Positions 29,001-38,495 of a stretch of DNA of 64,000 bases are shown one piece after another. The notes under the pieces are model-generated. The model did no database searches and was not told where the DNA came from. It was given only the letters and a program-made list of their open reading frames with translations. Numbering within the stretch: the stretch's first letter is position 1; each line of letters opens with the position of its first letter. The position numbers and the translations under genes were made by a program. Where the stretch lies: NCBI RefSeq assembly GCF_038025025.1, contig NW_027117342.1:2356001-2420000 (forward strand), written 5' to 3'. The DNA is from Phyllosticta citribraziliensis. Taxonomy: Eukaryota.

Positions 29001-30485
29001 ATTTCTATAGTATCTAATATTAGCTAATTAGCTTAGCTTAGCTATATTATTTTATTACTATCTATCTCTAATAGTAGTATAATTATAGGAGGTACTCCTA
29101 GTCTAATAAATAGCCTAAATAGTACCTAAGCTATTTCTATACCTTATAAGGGTACTTATAAATTAATTACTAGTAGTAGGACTAATATTAATAGTCCTCT
29201 ATATATAATTATAGGCCCCTACTATTCGCTACTTAAGGAGTAGCTACTACTATAAGACCCTATCCTTCTTCCTTATCCTTCTCCTAATATACCTCTTCCT
29301 CCTTAAAAGCTACTAGAAGTACTTATAATTCTTATAGCTTAGTTATTAAATTTATTATATAATTATATCTAAATCTACTTTTATAACTTATTATATAAAC
29401 TACTAACCTTATAGTATAATAGAATAGTCCTAGAAACTTATTAGACCTTAATAGTCTAATATCTATAAAATAATTATAGAAAAACTAGAGAACTAATTAC
29501 CTAGGCTTACCTCCTCTACTTTATAGGTAGAGATACCTAGAATAATATTATACTTAATAAAAATAGAACTAATTAAAATAGGATAGTATAGTATTATTAT
29601 TCTATAATTTATATACTAACCTACTATATAATTATAAATATTAATCTTATAGCTTATATAGTATCTATAAAGTAATATTTAGGATAAATAAGTAAATAGT
29701 AGTAAGTATAGTAATAGTAACTAGTATAGTAAATATATAATAATAGGCTAGGTAGGGGAGGGTAAAATTAATAGAACTTATTAGTAATATCCTATAGCCT
29801 TTTACTTACCTAATTTCTACTAATATTATATATCTATATAATTAGGTAATAAGAAGCTCCTAATCTATAGAAGCTATACTATAAAATATAGGTAGAATTA
29901 GCTACTTACTAATATACTTACTTAGCTAGCTAAAATACTAGTACCTAAAGAGGTATAAGAGATAGTAACTAGTAGTAAATAAGTAGGCTCTATAGGATAG
30001 GACTAAAATAACTACTAAACTAACTAAAATAAGCTACTATCTAGCTATAATTTTATTATTTAAGTAGTATAAGACTTAGGTATAAATAATAAGTATAAAT
30101 AAATAAATAACTAAGTATTTAGTAGACTATAGTTTAACTAAGTATGAAAGACTTTATTTATACTAGTAGTCTCTCTATAAGTAGCTATAAAAGGGGGCAT
30201 ATAACTAGCTAATCTACTACTAAAAATACTAATAATATAAGACCTCCTAATACTACTAAAGATACTAAGTTTACCTATACTTTTATTAGCTATTATTATT
30301 ACTACTAAACTATATAGAACTATAATTTTCTAAGATTCTAGAGCTATATATTATCCTATTATTATACTAGCCTAATCCCCTACTTATATTAGAGCTAAAA
30401 TCACTATTAGGAATAGGAATAATAATGCTAAAAATAACCTTCTAGAGCTATAAAAACGGTGCTGACTAGTAGTGCTATACTAGTA
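26090..30485 (-). mobile_element. Second, diverged copy of the LTR/gag part of element C
   Basis: Colinear direct repeat of 17310-21720, offset ~8.77 kb. Shared strings include GGGCTTACTATTAGGCCTATATAAAATAAAGCT and AGTGCTATACTAGTA at the end. Confidence 0.9.
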
Positions 30486-31846
30486 CTAGGGTATATAAGT
30501 ATAGGAGATAAAGCTAAGTAAGGAGAGTATATAAATAAGGTAGAAGTTAAATTAGTAGTAAGTCTACTTAGGAGTATTAATTATAAGAAAATAAAGATAG
30601 CTATCTATAGTATCTATATAATAAGATCCTTTTATATTCTATTACCTAACTTACCTTAGGAATTATAATAGAAGGAAGGTAGGTACTATAAGAGAATAAG
30701 ATCTTATCTTAATCCTATATTATATAGTAGCTTACTAGCTTAATAGTAGTAATATACTTTTTAAAACTAATTACTTAGTTAAGTCCCTACTATAGGTATA
30801 GGGGGTTCTATTCTTATTTCTATTATTATATTAGTATTATATATATAAGTACTAGGGTTAAGTTATCTAAGTAGCTAAGGCTCTTAGGGAGTTAGGTAAC
30901 TTTAGTATATATAGCTTATAGTTATAGCTAGTAGTTATAGTATAGGTATACCTAGTACTTAATACTAAGTAGTATTTAATATAATTATAGGTTTTTAGCT
31001 AACCTATAATAGCTATAGCTTAGGCTAATACTAGCTACTATAGCCTTAGATAGATATAGTATAATAACCTATTAATACCTTACCTTTATAGATAACCTAA
31101 TAATAACCACTAACCCTTATATAAAGGTTTAGAGATAGAAAAGTATAAAGAGAAGGTTAGGAAATAGATAGGAAGTAAGTATCTTTTATATTTTATTCTT
31201 TTAACTTATTATATTTAATTAAGATATATATATATTCTCTAGTAGTTTACCTTTAGCCCTAACCTATAAAATAAGAATCTTATAAGTCATAATAATCTCT
31301 AGTCTTAAACTTAATAGTATAGTAAATTTCTAGGCTATATAATAACTACTCTTACTCCTTACCTATTAATTATTAGTTGTCTATAAGACTTACTCTACTA
31401 GGTACTATAATACTTTATCTCTATAGTCTTAGACTTTTAAGAGATATTATACTAACTAATAAATAAATAACTAACTAAATAAATACTTATATATATATAA
31501 TAGCCTGATACATCTAGCCTAGGAGGAGAAGTAAGTTTTTATTATTCTATACTAGCCGCGTGATGACTTCCCTTAGTCCTTACCTATTAATTATTAGTAG
31601 TCTGCATTGATTTGCTCTACTAGGCGCCGTAACACGTCCGTGGCGCTTAATCTGCTGTGCCACCTACCATGTATGTTACTATAAGGTCTTTAACTGCGCT
31701 GATGTGCCCAATTTGACAACCTCATTTTCTGAACTTACTGGTCAGTGGTCCCATCAACGTCAATTTAGCTTCTCTTTCTCCACAAACATGTTTTGGTGAG
31801 TGAACCCCTTCATCGGGTACCAGTGCTCTCTGACAATTGAAGCGAA

Positions 31847-32810
31847 ATGGATCCTCTGATTACCGATTCAGTCCACCAGACAGGGCCGGGGCGTTGGTCG
31901 CTTGGATCAGCCATAATTTGCGAGCAAGGCTTCAAGCCACACGAGAGAGCCCTCGTGACATGGGAGGATGAAAACAACGGCCACTACTACAGCCTTCGAA
32001 AAGCGACAGAAGCAGACAGTCCCTTGCGCCCGCACGGCGATGTTCCCGGAACTTCTTTACCCGAAGACCATTTGTTACACCGGGCAGGAACTTCTTCTGC
32101 TGTCTGGACACTGGGTGGAATTGTCTGCAAGGTCAAAAGTTGGATACCTGGGATGCAGCTGGAACATGAGACCATCGCCTTCGTCAACAAACACTTCTCC
32201 AGAGTCCCGACCGCGAGGGTGCTCTTCGCATGGATCGACGAGCCACTCAACAGGACGTTTACCATCCTTGAGACCGTTAGAGGCAATCGCTTGGACAGGG
32301 TGTGGCCTTCACTTTCAAACGCACAACGCCTGTCGATTGCAGCGCAAGTCGCAGCCTTCTGTGCCACGATGTCAACACAAACGTCAACAAAGTTCCAAAC
32401 AGCGTCAGGATGCGGACCAACGGAGCTTTTTCTGATCCCAAAGGCCACAGAGGATTATCCTTCGTGGAAGCCGCTGATCTGGGACGTGCAGGACCGAGAG
32501 TACGCGGCTGAGTACTTCTTACCCATGAAGATGGGGCCCAGCTTTGTTTTCTACCACTCTGATCTTGGCCCGACCAACATCATCATTGGCCGCGATGGAG
32601 AAGTGCAAGCAGTCATAGATTGGGAATCAGCTGCATTCTCTCCCAACATTCTACGTTGCTCTAAAGCCCCATATTAGCTACGGATTTGCGCTGGAAGACC
32701 GCCCAAATGAACTGTGGGCATGGAGCGAGCTCTTAGCGTCAGAGTTGAAGCAACTGGGGTTTGAATCGGACAGAGAGGCGTACAATGCATGGAAAATGCG
32801 ACGATCATAA
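31847..32810 (+). pseudogene. APH/choline-kinase-like phosphotransferase with a 1-nt frameshift near 32640 (pseudogene or sequence error)
   Basis: HSDLGPTNI (Brenner-type motif) and IDWE motifs. The ORF stops at 32677, but the shifted frame continues PTFYVALKPHISYGFALE...WKMRRS* to 32810. Confidence 0.75.
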
Positions 32811-33494
32811 AGAGAGGGAGTAGATTGGGTTCCGTCCAGTCCACGGGAGGGTTGTATCTCCATCAACACCGTCCTAAAGACTCCACTTCCGCAATTACCT
32901 GAAGAGCGAATCAGGTGAGCAGCCAGGAAATGTCTCGCGCGTGACATGTGCGCAAGGCTGACATGTGTGAAGTCGCCAGGGGTGCTTGTGTCCACAAAAC
33001 GAGGGTCCCAGACCCTGAATTTTCTCCGGTGTAGGCCACGCAAAGGTGACCTCCTCGCGTGGTGGCAAAGAAGTGTACCTCACGCATTTCCAAAACCTTC
33101 TTTTTTATTGTCCCATAGAACTGGGCTTGTTCAATAAATGCTATGGGACCAACGACACCGTAAGCGCATAATGAAAAGCCGCAATCAAGAATAATGATCA
33201 CCACAAACAGAACATGTTAACAATATGAGAGACAGCTGTCCTGGAGATTGGGCTAGAGCATATAAAAGCACTTCGAGGACCTTGCTTTTCTTATCAAGAC
33301 ACACACCCCGTAAAAGTTCAAGTCCAAGTTCATGGACGAAGTCGGAGAGACCAAATCCGTAAAATGAATATACAAAGGAACAAGCAAACAACCCCAGAAG
33401 ACTTGCCGCAGAGGCCGAGAGCAAGCAGTCCTGAGCGTTTGAACATCAAGCAAACCGACGCAAGACTTGGCAAGAGCCCAAGTGGCAGATCAAG

Positions 33495-33776
33495 ATGTGT
33501 GGCGCAACCCGCTTCAACATCCTCTTCCCCTGCGGCCACCGCGGTGGCTTCACCCAAAGCTGGCCCTGCGGCTCCGCTTGCCGTCAGGTTGCAACAGAGG
33601 TCGTTAACCGCAACGATACGGCCCGCTGCCCTCGCTGCGCGGCGTACCAGGGCCAGCAACCGCAGAGGAATGCCGTCATGTGGGCGGCGAGCAGAGGCGA
33701 GCCAGTATTCGAAAGCGGCGACGAAGATTCCGACTATGTCAGAGAGGTGCGCCGGAACTGCCCTCAGCGTCGCTGA
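33495..33776 (+). CDS. Small Cys-rich hypothetical protein (93 aa, possible Zn-binding)
   Basis: MC...CGH...C...C...CPRC pattern and a good start context (AAGATG). No homology search was possible. Confidence 0.55.
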   Translation: MCGATRFNILFPCGHRGGFTQSWPCGSACRQVATEVVNRNDTARCPRCAAYQGQQPQRNAVMWAASRGEPVFESGDEDSDYVREVRRNCPQRR

Positions 33777-34348
33777 GCCGCGACCAAGAGGAAGGAGCGA
33801 CGACGGCCATGTGCGGTTTCCCGTCACGAAGCGCCAGCTAACAGCTTTTCTTGACACGGCTATACAGACTGCGGTGGTTGGTCCTATATCTTTCTTTTGA
33901 GCTCCTGCGCCCCCTTCCAGGATGAATTCGAATACCCAAATCCGTGGCCGAGAGGAGTCAATTGTTTTCATTGGGGGTTGTCTATAACGAACCGGGTTCC
34001 GGAGCTGTTGGCATAATGAATCGATGTTTGTTCAAGTTGGAGTGATTGCTATAGTAGAATAAATCCTGTCGACTCGGACTACGGCGATGGATTCATGGCA
34101 CAGCTCCTCGATCGCCATGAGAAATCCCTTGATGACGTCGAGCGTCAAGTTAATAAAGCAGTAGAGGCTGTGCTTCGACACAGCGATAAAGACACCGTGA
34201 CCATCCAGAATCGGAGCAAATTTCCACCGAACCCATCAGGGTTACTGCAACCAAGCCCATAGTGTAGCAATAGGTGAATGACCATCAAAGTCTGCTAGCC
34301 AGCTTCTTCTCTAACAGTCTTCGTCCAAAGCCTTTCGCCATATCGTGC

Positions 34349-36383
34349 CTATTTTTTCTTTTTTGTCTTGTCCAAGACCTCAACCAACCTGGCCGGCACT
34401 CCCCTCTTTTCCAGCGCCTTCAGCACAGCATCTTTCTGGGGTCCCTGTACCATCACTTCCATCACTGGATTCTTGGGACTGCTGCCCACCAATCTCTCAA
34501 CGCTAGTCGAACTAGCACACGTCTTCCTCAACTCGTCCGCCAACGCTTGTGGGTTTACGAAGTAGGCCTCGACTCCACTTGCCTTGGTCACCGTCTTGTT
34601 CCCAGAGCGAGTTTCCAAAACAATGCTGATCCTTGGAGCGGCACCTGCCTTGGGCTTCGTCGATTCCAAAGTATCGTCATTGCGCAAGATGGCATGGAAT
34701 GGGGCACACGAAGCCAGTACACGGTCAACAAGCGCGTCGCGCAAGACGAAGCCCTTGTTGATGACGTCCTTGTCGGATTTCACGCTGCCGTCAAACACTG
34801 CATTGGCGAGAATTGGGTTCATAGTGACGATGCGCTTGTTTTTGGGCGAAATGAGATTTTCGGCTTCGATGTAAGCTGTAACAATCGGTCGTAGCTCGGC
34901 TGGCGTGTAGAAGCCCTTTGGATCGGCTTTGACGGCAGAGAAAAGAGGCGAGAGCCGCTCCTTCGGTTTGAAGAGCTCCACCCTCTTCAACTTCTGGCCA
35001 ACGGAGCTATCCGACCCGTCGCCCGTAGCAGCTGAAGTACTTGTCTTTCCAGACCCTGAACCTGTCTCCTTCTTTGGAAGTCGATATGGCTTGAAGTTCT
35101 TGATTGCCTGGTCTTCGAAGTCGATATCCAGGATCACAACCTCGTTGTTATTTTGATCTTTGGCTTTGATGATCTGTGCTTTGTCCAGGGATTTGATGAA
35201 TTTCTTGATATTCTTGTAGGATGTTTTTTTGATTAGTAGAGATGCTGCTTGTGCTGGAGTGTATGCGGGGAGGAAAGGCTGGACCAGGTTCGACATGACG
35301 AACGACTGTGAAAGCGGAAAAGAAAGCCCGTAGTTCGGCTCATTTTTGCTTGTTTCCATAAAGTGGCGGACCCCGTACAAGAAAGCATTCTTGAAAGCCT
35401 CGTCGATTTCTGTCCAGTCAGCATGCTGTTGAATGGAGGAGGAAGGAAGCGGCTGACCTTTGGTTGTCAACTCTTTATCTTCGACAACATCTGGTTGGTC
35501 GTCTGCAGGCAAATTGGTGTCGCGCGCATTATCCGCTGCGCCAGCCGGCCGCGAGTCATTCTTGCCAACCGAGGGCAGATTCACGCCGCCGTTGTCATCC
35601 TCATCTTGCAGATCTGCCGCGTCCAGTTGGGCCTGTATTTGCTCCACATCGGACTGGTTGGCCAACCAGCCATCCAAATGTTCAGGCGGAGATATGCCTG
35701 GCTTTCCTCCGGTGCTCCATGCCCAAAGCTCGTCTCCCGCCCATTGAATCATCTTTACGGCATGGCCCTTTGCTCCGCGAACGTCTCGCAGCGCACTAAC
35801 GTCAATTTCGCAGACTCCGACAGCCATTGGTACCGTTGGCGATTCTAGAGATGCGATAGCGACAGCGGCACCTTCCTTGGCTTTCTCTGGGAAAGGCGGC
35901 CCATTTTGCAGGCCTGGTGTCATGAGATCCGCACCACCCTGCAACTTCTCGACCACAAAGGATGGGGTGTGCAGCAGTGGGAGGACCCCAGGGTTATGCC
36001 ATAAAGTGTAAACGGTGGGGTAGACCCTCTCCTCGAGCTTGACCCACAAGACTCTCAGGTCTTGGTTCGGATATGCGCCGACGTAAATGGTGCCAGAAAC
36101 TTTTTTCGCGTCGGGGCCGGCCGTTGTCGCAAAGCGCGCGGAGAGGGAGCCATCCGGCAACAAGGAATTCCTTAGAGCAGTCAAGCCCGCCTTATCCTCT
36201 GGGTCGGCATTATCGCTGGAGGGTACCGTGAGACCCAGGTCAGATATGATATGGTCCGCAAGCTTGCGCCGCTCCGAGTTCTTGATCGGGGAGAGGGGTT
36301 TGATCTGTCCAAGAGCTTGTGAGCAGTGTGCATGTAGCCAAGAGATGGAGAGATTATTATACGTTCGGCTTCTTCTTGAACAT
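34349..36383 (-). CDS. TMA64: Translation initiation/re-initiation factor eIF2D (ligatin/Tma64): PUA, SWIB and SUI1 domains
   Basis: Exon 1 MFKKKPN (36383-36363), intron 36362-36305, then IKPLSPIKNSERRK...GADLMTPGL (PUA) and RSGNKTVTK...VMVQG (SUI1). Second intron 35457-35410. Confidence 0.92.
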
Positions 36384-36771
36384 GTTGTGGGCAGAGCGCT
36401 GTTGGAGAGGCAGGCTGAGAGTTGGGCGGTTGGGTTAAGCGGTTCAGGCTGCCCGGTGCGCGAAGCTATGACGTTCAGAGAGAAATAGTCGTGTCCGGTG
36501 CTGACTCGTGTTCTCCACCCAGTAGGCGGTAAGGAAATTCCCCACCAGCCCCGCGTCGCCATTCCGTTCTCCATGCCATGTGGGACGAATCCTTCTGCAG
36601 TCTCCACCCTCACACCCGCGGCTACAATCCATCGGCCATGACGGCGCTACTCGAAATGTGCGGGGATCGGCCGCCCTTGGCCTTCATACACTGTTCCCAG
36701 GACGATACTAATCATCTACTCCTTTTCGCCAATATAAATTGCCCCGTGCCCCCTTCCCTCAGTTGGCCATC

Positions 36772-38279
36772 ATGTCTGACTACACGGGCGCGGCAGCACG
36801 CCGCCTTTCCCAAATTGGAAATCTCTTGAAATCCAGCCAAAAGGCAATGGCTCTTCCATGGAATCCTGATTCTACCGAGTTCCCCACCAGGAACGAGCTC
36901 CTCAAGGTCGACGGTGCACCAGAAGGAGCCGCGTGGGTTTGGGGAAAAGATGACTTTGTTCGTGAGCCCGGCCAGTCCAAGTACCAATCACTCACAGTGC
37001 TCGTCAGATCGGAAGACTGAATCTCCTCACCCCCTCGCGTGTCTTGGCCGCCTCAAAGGAAATACGGACCGGAGAAATTGTGCCAGTGAAGTACATATTT
37101 CCACATCAGACATCGTCTTCGCTGAAGCTGACGTTGTCGACCAGTCTCCCCCTTAATGTCCCGGAGGTGCCTGCCTTTGAGCGGGAGGCCTTCCAGCATG
37201 AGATCAAAACTCTCGTCGAAAACAAAGCGTACGACGACAAGTATTCACTGAACACCCAAAGTGGAACACAGTGGGACGGATTCCGCCATGTACGTCAATT
37301 TTCACAAATCTAATCATTGCGCTCGGAGTGTTGCCTCCTCGAAAGCCTATCTCTGAAAGAGCTGGGCCTGGCCTGGCGTCTCCGCTCGGATTCAATCCGA
37401 GGCCCCCTTGCAAGAAGCCAGCTAACAAACGGACAGTTTTCCCATCTGCCGACAGGATCCTTTTATAATAACGTATGTTGATTAGTAAATAATTCATCCG
37501 CAGCAAGACTGACACCGCATAGACCAAAGGTGACGACATTGTTGGGCCAAACGCCAACCTCAAGTGCTCAATTCACCATTGGGCCGAGCACGGCATCGCC
37601 GGTCGAGGTGTTCTAATAGACTACCTCAGCTACGCCAAAAAGAAGGGAATCGAGTACGACCCCTATGACCACTACGAAATCAGCTACGAGGTCAGCCGCC
37701 GCCAATTCTCATTCTCCGCACAAGACAACTGACACCAGACCTTGCAGGAGCTGGAAGCGTGCGGCAAAGACCAAGGCCTTGACATCCGCCCGGCGGCGAA
37801 AGGCGGCGACATCCAAATCGGCGATATCGTCTTCATCCGGACCGGCTTCGTCGAAGCGTACCACCAAAAGCCGCGCGACGAGCGCAACGCCCTGGCCCAA
37901 CGGCACTCCGACCTGTCGGCGGAGTCGGGCCAGCGCTGGGCCGGGCTGAAGCAGGAGACGGCCATGCTCGACTGGCTCCACGACTGCTACTTTGCTGCCG
38001 TCGCCGGCGACGCGCCGTCCTTTGAGGCGTGGCCCACCCAGTATGGCTGGTATCTGCACGAGTACATCCTCGCTCTCTGGGGGATGCCGCTTGGCGAGAT
38101 GTTGGATCTGGAGGGACTCGTCCAGAAGTGTAGAGAGCGCAAGCGGTGGACGTTCTTCTTCTCCAGCGCCCCCGCAAACTGTCCCGGTATGTGTCATCTG
38201 AATATGAGCATGGAGGCTGGTTGGCTGACTTCTTCCAGGTGGCGTAAGCACGCATGTCAACGGGCACGCCATTTTCTAA
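36772..38279 (+). CDS. Putative cyclase family (kynurenine-formamidase-like) metal-dependent hydrolase, 7 exons
   Basis: Spliced motifs AWVWGKDD/IGRLNLLTP, NTQSGTQWDGFRH, GIAGRGVLID, GDIVFIRTG, LHEYILALWGMPLGEMLDLE, GGVSTHVNGHAIF*. GT..AG introns with branch sites. Confidence 0.9.
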
Positions 38280-38495
38280 CGTCGGCAAATTGAGCACTAG
38301 GAAAGCCCTTTTCATTCACTTTGGCTTGATCTTATGAAAATTGATGCATCAAATTCAGACAGTACATGATTGAAGTGGGGTGTTCGCACCCAGTGTATCT
38401 CGTTACATTCATCGCGGCATTATTTACAAATCGTACATCTCGTCACCAAGCCTGCAACATGTAAATGCTACACAGACACCACCTCATCCTCCCGC

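Larger units (their letters stand above)
1..31550. repeat. AT-rich, RIP-mutated block of nested transposon remnants (probable heterochromatin)
   Basis: Strong TpA excess with CpA/TpG and CpG depletion. Only two 63-aa ORFs in 31 kb. Retroelement motifs readable with TAA/TAG at Gln/Trp positions. Abrupt switch to GC-balanced DNA at ~31.55-31.62 kb. Confidence 0.95.

Noticed and set aside
31100..31270. Telomere-like fragments (CTAACCC, CCCTAACC)
   Set aside because: Isolated single units in AT-rich DNA, not a tandem array.
35410..35457. 48-nt stop-free in-frame intron in eIF2D (similar one at 43495-43542)
   Set aside because: Ordinary short fungal introns with canonical signals; nothing indicates regulated retention.
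36384..36613. N-terminal extension of the 754-aa eIF2D ORF
   Set aside because: The family-typical start MFKKKP lies at 36383 in another frame and joins via an intron. The extension reads through promoter and UTR.
37385..37401. tRNA T-arm-like hairpin
   Set aside because: No D-arm, anticodon arm or acceptor stem, and the loop does not fit TTCRA.
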